From contig JAQVUX010000008.1 in the NCBI GenBank assembly GCA_028699255.1, positions 3,715 to 67,714 on the forward strand: a DNA stretch of 64,000 nt, read 5' to 3'. The stretch is from Candidatus Omnitrophota bacterium. Lineage in GTDB: Bacteria; Omnitrophota; Gorgyraeia; 2-01-FULL-45-10. The position numbers and the translations under genes were made by a program. Every line of letters starts with the position of its first letter. Positions within the stretch are counted from its first letter, which is position 1. The notes beneath the pieces were generated by a model. It did no database searches. It saw only the letters and a list, made by a program, of their open reading frames with translations, and was not told the origin of the DNA. Below are positions 55,200 through 64,000 of the stretch, piece after piece.

Positions 55200-56921
55200 C
55201 TATTCCTCTATCTCTTCGAGCACTTCCTGCTGGGTAACCCTTATAACTTCGCTCGGAGTGGTCATGCCCATCACTATCTTTTCCCACCCATCCTGCCTGA
55301 GCGTTCTCATACCCAATTCTATCGCCTTCTTCTTTATCTGGTCGGAGGACGCCCTTTTCAAAACCAGTTCCCTTATCGGCTCGCTCATTTCAAGAATCTC
55401 ATAGATCGCTGTCCGGCCTTTATATCCGGTAAATCTGCAGGCGTCGCACCCTTTGCCTTCATATATCTTTACGCGCAAGGCCTTGGAGCCGGAAACACCA
55501 AGCTCCCTTAAAAGCTCTTTGTCGGGCTTTATCTCATGTTTGCATTTAGAGCATATCACCCGGACGAGGCGTTGCGCGATGAAGCACTCCACCGCGGATG
55601 CCACAAGAAACGGCTCTACGCCCATATCTATAAGGCGCGTAACGCCGCCGGCCGCATCATTTGTATGTATAGTAGAGAATACGAGGTGGCCCGTCAGGGC
55701 TACCCTTATGGTGATCTCCGCAGTCTCGTAGTCCCTGACCTCTCCGACCATCATGACATCAGGGTCGTGGCGAAGCATCGAACGCAGGGCATTGGCGAAT
55801 GTAAGTTCTATCTTCGGCTGAACCTGTATCTGTGTGATCCCCTTGAGTTGATATTCGATAGGATCTTCTATGGTTATTATTTTTCTGTCCTTGGTGTTTA
55901 TTTTACTTAAAGAAGCGTAGAGTGTGGTCGTCTTACCGCTCCCTGTAGGCCCGGTAACGAATATTATCCCGTGCGGCATCTTGAGTAGCCTCTCGAGGAC
56001 ATCCTGGTCTTTCTTTAAAAGCCCAAGGTTCTCGAGACCGAAGCGTATGTTGCCGGATAGTATTCGGATCACAACACTTTCACCGAAAGGCGTAGGTAAT
56101 ATCGAAACCCTCAAATCAACCTCTTCGGCGCCTATGCGTATCTTTATCCTGCCGTCCTGCGGCAGGCGCCGCTCCGATATATCGAGATTGGCCATTATCT
56201 TGATACGCGATATTATCGCCGACTGGTAATGTTTTATAGATTGCGGGACCTTCGTTTCGTGGAGGATGCCATCTATCCTGTACCTGACGAGAAGTTCGTC
56301 CTCGTACGGCTCTATGTGTATATCGGTCGCCCTGTCTCTGCATCCCTCGAGGAGTATCTGGTTGACGAATTTTATTATCGACGCGTCTTCGGCGCTCTCT
56401 CCTACGTCCTGGGTCTCCTGCGCCTGAACGCTCGCACTGCGCTCGAGCGACGCATCCGGCGCCATTTTTTCTATCGTTTCGGCGCCGACGCCGTAATATT
56501 TTTTTATCATCTCAAGTATCTCACGCCGCGATGCCAGGACGGCGCGGATCTCGCTCTTTAAAAGAAGCCGTATGTCGTCGATCGTGTGAATATCAAGAGG
56601 GTTGGACATTGCCACCGTAATGGTATCGTCCTTTATCTCTACGGGGATCAATTCATAATGGCACGCGAACTTCGCGGGTATCTTATTTATTACGGAAGGA
56701 TCTATTTTTATATCTTTGAGTTTTATGTATTCGACGCCGGATTGCTCCGACAGTATGCGATAGAAATCGTTCTCGTTCACAAGGCCCAGTTTTATCAATA
56801 TGTCGCCTATGCGCTTTTGCGAATGTTCCTGCTCGGCAAGCGCTCTCTCCAGGGCCTCAACGGTGATAATGCCCTTCTGTATAAGAAGTTGTCCTATAAG
56901 ATCCGTCTCTTTGAAACTCAT
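55200..56921 (-). CDS. gspE: T2SS/T4P assembly ATPase GspE
   Basis: Walker A GPTGSGKTT, Asp and His boxes, tetracysteine CSKC...CDAC. Confidence 0.9.
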   Translation of the reverse strand: MSFKETDLIGQLLIQKGIITVEALERALAEQEHSQKRIGDILIKLGLVNENDFYRILSEQSGVEYIKLKDIKIDPSVINKIPAKFACHYELIPVEIKDDTITVAMSNPLDIHTIDDIRLLLKSEIRAVLASRREILEMIKKYYGVGAETIEKMAPDASLERSASVQAQETQDVGESAEDASIIKFVNQILLEGCRDRATDIHIEPYEDELLVRYRIDGILHETKVPQSIKHYQSAIISRIKIMANLDISERRLPQDGRIKIRIGAEEVDLRVSILPTPFGESVVIRILSGNIRFGLENLGLLKKDQDVLERLLKMPHGIIFVTGPTGSGKTTTLYASLSKINTKDRKIITIEDPIEYQLKGITQIQVQPKIELTFANALRSMLRHDPDVMMVGEVRDYETAEITIRVALTGHLVFSTIHTNDAAGGVTRLIDMGVEPFLVASAVECFIAQRLVRVICSKCKHEIKPDKELLRELGVSGSKALRVKIYEGKGCDACRFTGYKGRTAIYEILEMSEPIRELVLKRASSDQIKKKAIELGMRTLRQDGWEKIVMGMTTPSEVIRVTQQEVLEEIEE

Positions 56922-57170
56922 AATTCTCCCCGTTAGGTCATAATATGTATGATATATAGATTATACTTGCCAATCCCCGCAAAAGCAAGCGACGGATGCC
57001 GCGGGTAACGCTTTTACTATTCGAGCGAACGAGGTGAGCAAACACGGAACTTCCTTGCACGAAAAACCTTTGCCCACCTACGAGGAGAAATCACTTAGAC
57101 AGGTTTCACCTCGTAGGTGATTCCGCCAACCTTACTCCCTCGGTATTTTTTTCACTGCCTACGTTTATTC

Positions 57171-57199
57171 TTGCGCTCCGCGCGGCGATGAAATATAAT
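57171..57199 (+). promoter_or_regulatory. Promoter TTGCGC-17-TATAAT for PpiD-like gene, in the region divergent from gspE
   Basis: Read directly; GGGAGG RBS before the ATG at 57222. Upstream 11-bp perfect hairpin CACCTACGAGG/CCTCGTAGGTG at ~57075-57120. Confidence 0.4.
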
Positions 57200-57221
57200 C
57201 TATGGCACAAGGGAGGCAGTA

Positions 57222-58427
57222 ATGCTAAAACTATTCAGAAGCAAACACGTTACCAAAATAGTCCTGTGGGGACTACTCATACTGATATTACCCGCGTTTG
57301 TTCTGTGGGGAACCGGCAATACGGGGCGCTCGACTAAAGGCGGCCCGAAATATGTCGGCATTATAGAGAACAGGAAGGTATCTTTCGAAAATTTCGCGGA
57401 CAGCCTTTACAGTATACGCTGTCAGGTGGTCTTAAACTATTATGGCCGCCCTGAAACCCTCGACGCGATACTGGGTAATAAAGAGTTCCTCGGAAAACTC
57501 GCCTGGGATCGGCTTATAATGCTGCAGAAGGCGCGCGCGGCAAGAATAAAGGTTTCGGATAAAGAGGTTGTAGGCTTCATAACATCGCATCCCCTCTTTC
57601 TGCGAAACGGAAAATTCGACGATCATATATATCAGTATTTCCTGAAAAATTCCCTGGGGATTTATCCCAGGAGTTTCGAAGAGCTCGTCAGGGAAAACCT
57701 GATGATACAGAAACTTACCGATATTATAACTAAAGATGTAAAGATAGCCGATGAAGAGATTGCGGCGGACTACGGGCGCGATAATTCGCGATTCGCTATA
57801 TCCTACATAACGATACCTCTAAAGGACTTCACGGGCAAAATAACCGTAACCGACGGAGAAATCGTTGCTCTCCATAAGAAGCATGAAAAAGATTTCATGT
57901 TCCAGGCCAAAGACGCAACCGGCAAAAAAGGCGTAAAGAGACAGGCAACCCTGGAAGAAGCCAGGGAAACGATAAGAACCTTACTGGTTGAAGATAAGGC
58001 CAGGCCGCTGGCGGAGGAAAAAGCAAACGCGGTATGCGAAGAAATAAACGGATTGATATCCGGAAAAAAGCTATCGTTCGAGGATGCGGCATCTAAACTC
58101 GGCTTTAAAGCGCAAGCTTCGGGACTATTCGGCAGGACGGATAGCGTCGAAGATATAGGAGAGATGGCGCCTATAATACCTGTGGCCACAGCGCTCAAAA
58201 AAGACGAAATTTCAAAACCGGTTGGAGTTAAAAAAGGCTTCTTGGTATTTACAGTTTCCCAGACGCAGGCCTTCGACCCGGAAAAATTCAAGAAAGAGAA
58301 AGACGATTATTCGCGGATAGCGCTTGCCGTTAAAAAGAACGCCTATATGGAAGATTGGCTGAGAGAGCGCGAAAAAGGCGCAAAACTTAATATCGATCTT
58401 CGAGATTACGAAAAATATTACAAATAA
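57222..58427 (+). CDS. PpiD/SurA-N-domain-like periplasmic chaperone, membrane-anchored
   Basis: N-terminal TM IVLWGLLILILPAFVLWG, then SurA N-terminal-like chaperone region; no clear PPIase motif seen. Confidence 0.55.
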   Translation: MLKLFRSKHVTKIVLWGLLILILPAFVLWGTGNTGRSTKGGPKYVGIIENRKVSFENFADSLYSIRCQVVLNYYGRPETLDAILGNKEFLGKLAWDRLIMLQKARAARIKVSDKEVVGFITSHPLFLRNGKFDDHIYQYFLKNSLGIYPRSFEELVRENLMIQKLTDIITKDVKIADEEIAADYGRDNSRFAISYITIPLKDFTGKITVTDGEIVALHKKHEKDFMFQAKDATGKKGVKRQATLEEARETIRTLLVEDKARPLAEEKANAVCEEINGLISGKKLSFEDAASKLGFKAQASGLFGRTDSVEDIGEMAPIIPVATALKKDEISKPVGVKKGFLVFTVSQTQAFDPEKFKKEKDDYSRIALAVKKNAYMEDWLREREKGAKLNIDLRDYEKYYK

Positions 58428-59279
58428 TCAAACGTTCCCCAGGTATACGTATTTGAGCTTCTTCCTCGCTATCCGCTCCGCCTGCTTCAGCGAGTCAACA
58501 GGCGTGGGCGGCAAGGACAGTTGGTAGCACGGAAAATACCGCGAGAAGTGGAGCGGTACTTCCGGCCCTACGTTGTCATATATCCAGTCAACCATCCTCG
58601 TTATCATCTCCGGAGAATCATTAAGCGTCGGTATCAATAAATTAGTAAGTTCGATATGACAGCTCTTGTGCGAACGTTTTATCACCTCGAGAACCGGCCG
58701 CAGACTACCCTTACATACCTTGGAGTAAAACACTTCATCGAATGATTTCAGGTCGATGTTCATGGCGTCTATGTATGGGAGCATCCCCTCGAGCGGGGCC
58801 ATATTAACATAACCATTCGTAACAAGGACGTTCGCGAGAGCCGACCGCTTCGCCAGTTTCGCCGTCTCCAATACAAATTCATACCATATGAACGGTTCAT
58901 TGTAGGTATACGCGATGCCGAAAGATTTCGCATCCTTCGCTTTTTCTACGGCCTGCTCGGCTGTTATGTCCTGGACGGGGGCATCAAGCTCCTGCGATAT
59001 GTGCCAGTTCTGACAGAATTCGCAATGGAGATTGCATCCTTTCGTTCCGAGAGAAAATATGTATTCGCCGGGGTGGTAATGATAAAGGGGCTTTTTTTCT
59101 ATGGGGTCGAGAGCTATACCTGTAGTTTTATTGTAAACTTCCGTATATAACGTGCCGGAGCGGTTTATTCTGACACCGCATGAGCCTCTGAGGCCGTCGG
59201 AGATGAGACAATTATACGGACACAGGTGGCATTGCACTTTACTGCCGTCGAGTTTCTCGTAGTATAGGGCTTCTTTCAT
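58428..59279 (-). CDS. AmmeMemoRadiSam-system radical SAM enzyme (AmrS-like)
   Basis: YYEKLDGSKVQCHLCPYNCLI... and CNLHCEFCQNW (CX3CX2C). Confidence 0.7.
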   Translation of the reverse strand: MKEALYYEKLDGSKVQCHLCPYNCLISDGLRGSCGVRINRSGTLYTEVYNKTTGIALDPIEKKPLYHYHPGEYIFSLGTKGCNLHCEFCQNWHISQELDAPVQDITAEQAVEKAKDAKSFGIAYTYNEPFIWYEFVLETAKLAKRSALANVLVTNGYVNMAPLEGMLPYIDAMNIDLKSFDEVFYSKVCKGSLRPVLEVIKRSHKSCHIELTNLLIPTLNDSPEMITRMVDWIYDNVGPEVPLHFSRYFPCYQLSLPPTPVDSLKQAERIARKKLKYVYLGNV

Positions 59280-59288
59280 CCGTCCTCC

Positions 59289-59738
59289 CTATTTAAGAAA
59301 TGTCTTCAACTCCTTCATGAACTGGCCGACATCCCTGAACTGCCTGTAAACGGAAGCGAACCTGACATACGCTATCTCATCTATCTCGTGCAAACCGCGC
59401 ATTACGAACTCGCCGATCTCTTTTGAAGCCACTTCAGTCTCGTCCTTCTTGCCGAGACGGCGCTCTATGTCGTCGACGAGCTTCTCGATGCGCTTAACGC
59501 TTATGGGGCGCTTTTCGCAGGCAACCATCACGCCATTAACCAGCTTCTCCCTGTTAAATGGTTCCCTGCGGCCGTCCTTCTTCACGACCATAAGAGGAAC
59601 GCGCTCGACATACTCATAGGTCGTGAAACGCTTCTTGCACTTAAGACACTGCCGCCTGCGCCGCACGCTCGAACCGTTGCCCGGCGTTCGCGAGTCGATT
59701 ACACTGTCTTTCCTGGATCCGCAATACGGACATCTCAT
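59289..59738 (-). CDS. nrdR: Transcriptional repressor NrdR
   Basis: MRCPYCGS...CLKCKKRFTTYE zinc ribbon plus ATP-cone. Confidence 0.9.
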   Translation of the reverse strand: MRCPYCGSRKDSVIDSRTPGNGSSVRRRRQCLKCKKRFTTYEYVERVPLMVVKKDGRREPFNREKLVNGVMVACEKRPISVKRIEKLVDDIERRLGKKDETEVASKEIGEFVMRGLHEIDEIAYVRFASVYRQFRDVGQFMKELKTFLK

Positions 59739-59771
59739 AACGCTTCCTTACAAATTTTTCGTTTCCCTCAA

Positions 59772-59905
59772 GAAGAAGACCCGCAGGGATTCGTGCCAAG
59801 CGGGGCGTAAAATTTCGAGCAGATGCGAGAAATTTTCTCGCAGCGAAATTTTGCATGGCCAAAATTTCGCGTCCCGCGAGGCATGAATCCCGAAAGGGTC
59901 TTCCT
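59772..59905. promoter_or_regulatory. Structured intergenic element: ~25-bp imperfect inverted repeats flanking perfect palindromes GCGAGAAATTTTCTCGC and CGAAATTTTGCATGGCCAAAATTTCG
   Basis: Read directly between the htpX stop and nrdR start; AAATTTCG half-site present 4 times. Confidence 0.5.
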
Positions 59906-59922
59906 CCGGGGAGCGAAAAATT

Positions 59923-60885
59923 CTACTGGTGCGTGTGCTCGCTTAAACGCTTGATCCTCTTCAGCATGTTCGGATGCGTGCTCAGAAGCTCCATCATCTT
60001 ATCGCCGAAATTAAGTTTCACGGTCTTTTTCTGCAATGCCATAAGTTCGCTCTCGGAGATCGTGCCGCTCCTGTCGAGATCAAGGTCTTTCAACTCTTTA
60101 AGCTCATACATCGCTCTCGACGGGTCATTGGCAAAAAAAGCTTTCATCCCCTCAACGTCCTTGATGGCCTCTTTCGGCATCCTGGCCGAGCCATACACGA
60201 GCTTGTACAAAGCCGACGCAAGTTGCGACGGCTTATTACCCAGCTCGACCGAGCCCTTATCCGCGAAATATTCGCGTATCCTGGAAGCGTAAAGGACCAG
60301 AAGGTTAGTAAGAAAATAGAACAAAAAGGCCGCCAACCCTATCAGCATCCCGTTCGACTGCTCCCTATCTCTCCTGTCCCCAAAGAACAGGAATTGCCAC
60401 GCTATCCTGTATAGAATTATAGGTATGACGGATAATAATGTTATCGTCAGGACATCGCGGTTCTTTATGTGGCTCATCTCATGGCCAAGCACCGCCCTGA
60501 GCTCATCCCTGTCGAGGAGCCCCATAATCCCTTCGGTTACGCATATGCGCCCATCTTTTATCGACCTGCCGAAGGCAAACGCGTTGGGCACCGATATTTT
60601 GGCTATGCCTATACGCGGCGCCGGTATATTCGCCGTAGCGGCGAGGGAACGAACCATCGTTTCCAGCTCAGGGTTCTCTCCGGGCTTCAGGTACTTGACC
60701 CGCATAGACCACTCTATAAGTTTCGGGCCCATCATATATTGTATCAGCATCATAACCAGCGATAACACGAGATAAAAATAGAAGTTGCCGATACCAAGTT
60801 GCGTGCCGATAACTGTTATTATCGCATAGATTATGCCGAGCAGAACCGTTGTCAATAACCACATCCTTAACCTCAAAGCCCACAT
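59923..60885 (-). CDS. htpX: M48 zinc metalloprotease HtpX with inserted EF-hand-like loop
   Basis: HEMSHIKNRD (HExxH), TM helices, C-terminal STHPNMLKRI. DLDRSGTISESE at ~60046-60081 fits the DxDxSGxIxxxE EF-hand loop. Confidence 0.8.
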   Translation of the reverse strand: MWALRLRMWLLTTVLLGIIYAIITVIGTQLGIGNFYFYLVLSLVMMLIQYMMGPKLIEWSMRVKYLKPGENPELETMVRSLAATANIPAPRIGIAKISVPNAFAFGRSIKDGRICVTEGIMGLLDRDELRAVLGHEMSHIKNRDVLTITLLSVIPIILYRIAWQFLFFGDRRDREQSNGMLIGLAAFLFYFLTNLLVLYASRIREYFADKGSVELGNKPSQLASALYKLVYGSARMPKEAIKDVEGMKAFFANDPSRAMYELKELKDLDLDRSGTISESELMALQKKTVKLNFGDKMMELLSTHPNMLKRIKRLSEHTHQ

Positions 60886-60906
60886 CGTATTACCCTCCTT
60901 TTAAAA

Positions 60907-62133
60907 CTATGCTTGGATGAAAATCTCTCTGGCCGCCAATGCCGCGGCGCCCAGCACAACACCGTCTTCTCCCAGGAAGCTCGGCGATATCTTCACCATG
61001 GCCGCCGGTTCCTCGAAAGCGAATTTTTTAACCGCATTTTTAAGCGGATCAAAGAGCATATCTCCGGCCGCCTCCATACCGCCGCCTATAATAACAAGCG
61101 ATGGATTCAAAAGATTTATCATATACGCTATCCTGACGCCCAGGTCGCCGCCCGCCTTTTCAAGAAGGGCCACAGCTTCCTTATCGCCCTTTTTCGCGGC
61201 GTTTATGACGGTATCTTTGGTTATATTCTCCGCCTTGCCCTTCGCAAGTTCCAGCATATCTCCGGCGCCGCCCGCCTTCGCGGCCTTCCGCGCTTCATGC
61301 GCCACACCCAGATCCACACCCCACGGTCTAAGATAAGCGAACTCTTTTACATAATCCTTCTCGTTGGTCTGCAAACCGTTATGCGCTATCTGCGTCTCGC
61401 CCGCGCATCCGCTTGCGCCCGTATAAACGTCGCCGTTGACTACCATGCCGCATCCCACATCCGAATACATGTAGACGAGGTTATCGACATCCGCGCCCGG
61501 GTTCAGAGTCCTCTCGCCGAAAGCGGCGCAGGAGGCGTCATTACCTATATAGACGGGTATGCCGAACTTCTCCTCCAGGGCTTTACTAAATTTCAAAAAA
61601 CTGACGCGCGTTCTTCCTCTGGTGGGGTCGGTATCGCGTATGGTGCCGGACGGATAATCTATTATGCCCGATATGCCCATCCCTATATTTTTTATATCCT
61701 GCGGCGCGGCTTTACTCTTCGCGATAACTTCCGCTATCGCGTTTATCACCACCGGCATGAGCTCTTCCATGTTCGTCTGCGGACGCAGTACCTTAACCTT
61801 CGCTATAACATTGACTTTGAGATCGGCAACTATCGCCGATATGCCGGCAGGGCTTATATCGACGCCTATCACATAAGCGCTCTTCGCGTTCAACTCCAGG
61901 AGTTCCGGCCTCCTGCCGCCCGACGATGTATCAAGCCCAACCTCGAGTATTATCCTTTTATTAATGTAATAATCCGCGTAATTTGTAACGGTAACTATGT
62001 TAAGCCCCAGATTTCTCGATATCTCCGCCCGGGAAACAGGCCCGCGTTTACGCACAAGTTCAAGGATGGCCAGATTACGCCTTTCCCTGTCCTGCGTTAT
62101 ATGGAAGCTAAAGACATTACTGCCTTTCATCAT
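60907..62133 (-). CDS. ROK-family transcriptional regulator (wHTH plus sugar-kinase fold); start at MMKGSNV with ATGA overlap
   Basis: N-terminal wHTH, ROK glycine-rich GVDISPAGI; the track start overlaps the upstream gene by 34 nt. Confidence 0.7.
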   Translation of the reverse strand: MMKGSNVFSFHITQDRERRNLAILELVRKRGPVSRAEISRNLGLNIVTVTNYADYYINKRIILEVGLDTSSGGRRPELLELNAKSAYVIGVDISPAGISAIVADLKVNVIAKVKVLRPQTNMEELMPVVINAIAEVIAKSKAAPQDIKNIGMGISGIIDYPSGTIRDTDPTRGRTRVSFLKFSKALEEKFGIPVYIGNDASCAAFGERTLNPGADVDNLVYMYSDVGCGMVVNGDVYTGASGCAGETQIAHNGLQTNEKDYVKEFAYLRPWGVDLGVAHEARKAAKAGGAGDMLELAKGKAENITKDTVINAAKKGDKEAVALLEKAGGDLGVRIAYMINLLNPSLVIIGGGMEAAGDMLFDPLKNAVKKFAFEEPAAMVKISPSFLGEDGVVLGAAALAAREIFIQA

Positions 62134-62888
62134 ACCTCCCTTCTCTTCGTTTTCGTAACGCAAATATCTTTAATAAATATCGTCGCCATGGAACTATTCC
62201 CGGCAGTAAGACTGCCGAACTCAAAGCGTATCGTAACAATATTTTTAAGATCCACGGCGTTCTTCAAGGGTTTAAGATTTATCGTATGCGCCTGCCACTC
62301 TTTAGATAATTTCGATGTTATGTTTTTCGGGATCCTGTAAGAGCGGTTGTCGGAATCGACTATCGATATCGCGACATATTCTTCACCCGTCTCGCCCCTG
62401 GCGGTATACCTGATGTCGAGTTTCGTAAGATCTACCGGTTCCTTCAGAGTTATCTCATAGTTTGCCCATCCGTTACCTCTGGCATTACACAGTATTATCT
62501 CGTCTTTGTCGATCTTACTGAATGTCCGGGCATCGCCCCTAAAACCGGCATCTTCTACCAGATATTTATTTACCTCCGAGCCTTTTATCAGGTACAGCCC
62601 TTTCTCGCGTAAGCTTCCGAATTTATCGGGCGTGCCTGTATTAAAAGAAGGTATCTCGCCTAATATTTTTATCTTCACATCGATATTGCTTTTGAATAAG
62701 AACATTACGACGGCTAAAAATAATGTTACAGCCGCGATGGCCCATGGGAAAACGGGAACACGTTTTTCCTTCCTGTGCTTGGTCTTGTCGGAAACCTTAA
62801 GATATATCTTGGCTATCTCTTCCTGCGCGGAAGATCGCACCCTTTCCTTTTTGAAAGGGTTGTTCAGAGTATTCATGATCTTGCTCAT
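62130..62888 (-). CDS. Membrane-anchored hypothetical protein (252 aa)
   Basis: Single TM VFPWAIAAVTLFLAVVMFLF then beta-rich extracytoplasmic domain; operon with sugar permeases and ROK. Confidence 0.5.
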   Translation of the reverse strand: MSKIMNTLNNPFKKERVRSSAQEEIAKIYLKVSDKTKHRKEKRVPVFPWAIAAVTLFLAVVMFLFKSNIDVKIKILGEIPSFNTGTPDKFGSLREKGLYLIKGSEVNKYLVEDAGFRGDARTFSKIDKDEIILCNARGNGWANYEITLKEPVDLTKLDIRYTARGETGEEYVAISIVDSDNRSYRIPKNITSKLSKEWQAHTINLKPLKNAVDLKNIVTIRFEFGSLTAGNSSMATIFIKDICVTKTKRREV

Positions 62889-62889
62889 A

Positions 62890-63753
62890 TCACCCCTTTA
62901 TACCCGTAAGTTTAATACCCTCTATAAAGAAACGCTGGTTGAATAAAAATATTATGATTATCGGTACCATCGTTACCAAGGAGCCGGCCATGAGGAGCCC
63001 CCAATCCGGTTGCGCGTATTGATACAGCTCCTGGAAATAAGCCAGGCCTATCGGTAAAGTCTTCTTCTCTATGGAGTTCGTAACCAAAAGAGGCCACATG
63101 AAGCTCACCCAGTTGCCGAGCGAGACGAGTATTGTGAGTGTGGCCAGCGCCGTATTGGAAAGCGGAAGTATCACCCTCCAGAATATGCCCCACAGACTGC
63201 ACCCGTCTATCTTTGCCGCGTCCTCGAGGTCGCGCGGCAAGGTCATGAAAAATTGCCGCAAAAGAAATGTCCCGTAAGCCGTAAAGATCGACGGTATTAT
63301 GAGCGCTTTATACGTATCGATCCAGCCGAACCAGCGCATGAGCGCGAAAACCGGTATCATCGTAACCGAGCCGGGTATCATCATCGTCGCCAGGTACGCG
63401 AAAAATATCTTGTCGCGCCCCGGGAATTTCAGCCGGGCGAAAGCGTACGCCGCCAGGGCGCTGGTGGCGACCTGGCCGAAAGTAACGGCGACGCAGACGA
63501 ATATGCTGTTCAGGTAGAACCTGGCGAACGGCACAACCTTCCACACGTCGACATAGTTCTTCCAATAGATCGGGTCCGGTATCCATTTTATATCTTTAAG
63601 ATCGAATATAAAAACTGAATTGTAAGATTTGAGTGATGTGGAGATCATCCATAAAAACGGCAGTATCATGGTTATGCCGCCTAATATAAGAAAAATATAC
63701 ATCAAGGTCGTTCTGGCGGCCTTATTCTTTTTAATAATGGGAGTATTGGACAA
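62890..63753 (-). CDS. Carbohydrate ABC transporter permease (MalG-like)
   Basis: EAA loop DAAKIDGCSLWGIFWRVILP. Confidence 0.8.
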   Translation of the reverse strand: MSNTPIIKKNKAARTTLMYIFLILGGITMILPFLWMISTSLKSYNSVFIFDLKDIKWIPDPIYWKNYVDVWKVVPFARFYLNSIFVCVAVTFGQVATSALAAYAFARLKFPGRDKIFFAYLATMMIPGSVTMIPVFALMRWFGWIDTYKALIIPSIFTAYGTFLLRQFFMTLPRDLEDAAKIDGCSLWGIFWRVILPLSNTALATLTILVSLGNWVSFMWPLLVTNSIEKKTLPIGLAYFQELYQYAQPDWGLLMAGSLVTMVPIIIIFLFNQRFFIEGIKLTGIKG

Positions 63754-64000
63754 GCTTCCCTCCGAATCGCCAGTTAAAAATAGTAACCAGGAACACTATC
63801 ATGAAGACGAACCACGCGATACACGCCGCGTATCCTACGTGCTGCCAGCTGTACAGGTGGTTATATATGAGATATTCGAGCGTCATCGTCGAGCGATCCG
63901 GCCCGCCGCCGGTCATTATGTACGCCTGCATAAAACCGCCCTGAAAGCCGCCTATCACCGCCATGACCGTTATGAAAAACGTAGTTGGGCTTATCATCGG
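63731..64000 (-). CDS. Carbohydrate ABC transporter permease (MalF-like), C-terminal fragment; N-terminus beyond window end
   Basis: GGPD...TMTLEYLIY C-terminal permease motif; open to the window edge. Confidence 0.7.
   Translation of the reverse strand, partial: PMISPTTFFITVMAVIGGFQGGFMQAYIMTGGGPDRSTMTLEYLIYNHLYSWQHVGYAACIAWFVFMIVFLVTIFNWRFGGKLVQYSHY

Overview
This 64 kb window looks like chromosomal DNA from a diderm (LPS-producing) bacterium, almost all genes on the minus strand. The lineage guess rests on a full lipid A and outer membrane cluster (lpxB, lpxI, fabZ, lpxC, lpxD, skp, bamA).

(1) Positions 1 to about 11599 are one uninterrupted minus-strand ORF that runs off the window edge, so its C-terminus is not in view. 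It encodes more than 3860 aa of a giant secreted YD/RHS-type repeat protein. The body contains about 37 very regular 159-nt (53-aa) tandem units, including one near-identical recent duplicate pair. The six-frame track lists only shadow ORFs here, because the real ORF has no in-window stop. Its ATG overlaps the stop region of lnt.

(2) Positions 13.0 to 16.5 kb form a small accessory islet beside tRNA-Lys: a zinc-ribbon mini-protein, an 83-aa protein, an XRE-cupin regulator with a consensus and probably leaderless promoter, two stand-alone CheY-like receivers, and an RsbQ-like alpha/beta hydrolase.

(3) The core blocks are rpsB-tsf-pyrH-frr, an MsbA-like ABC exporter, a Gfo/Idh/MocA oxidoreductase next to lpxB (GnnA candidate), the lipid A and outer membrane cluster above, dnaB-rplI-rpsR-ssb-rpsF, pth-rplY-prs-glmU, then a nucleotidyltransferase plus mini-ORF module wedged against tRNA-Gln, a SpoVG with a zinc-ribbon insertion, and ispE.

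(4) The split transketolase genes (tktN and tktC) are separated by an atypical FtsH-like protease translationally coupled to an unknown lipoprotein. Between tktN and ftsH lie 2.7 tandem copies of a 57-bp GC-hairpin repeat. A 29-aa hyper-basic bS22-like mini-ORF that the track missed sits upstream of tktN, with hisG just beyond.

(5) A complete type II secretion / type IV pilus-like operon is present: gspE, F, G, H, I, J, K, a fused PilM-PilN (GspL-like), a PilO/GspM-like gene, an embedded MerR gene, an ExeA-like ATPase, a GspC/PilP-like gene, a secretin carrying a C-terminal TonB_C-like domain, and a coiled-coil protein.

(6) The window ends with a PpiD-like chaperone, an orphan AmrS radical-SAM gene, nrdR, HtpX with an inserted EF-hand-like loop, a ROK regulator, and sugar ABC permeases.

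The strongest novelty candidates are the giant periodic YD-repeat protein and the unusual T2SS (secretin–TonB_C fusion, MerR inside the operon). All calls come from reading the sequence and track proteins; no database searches were run.
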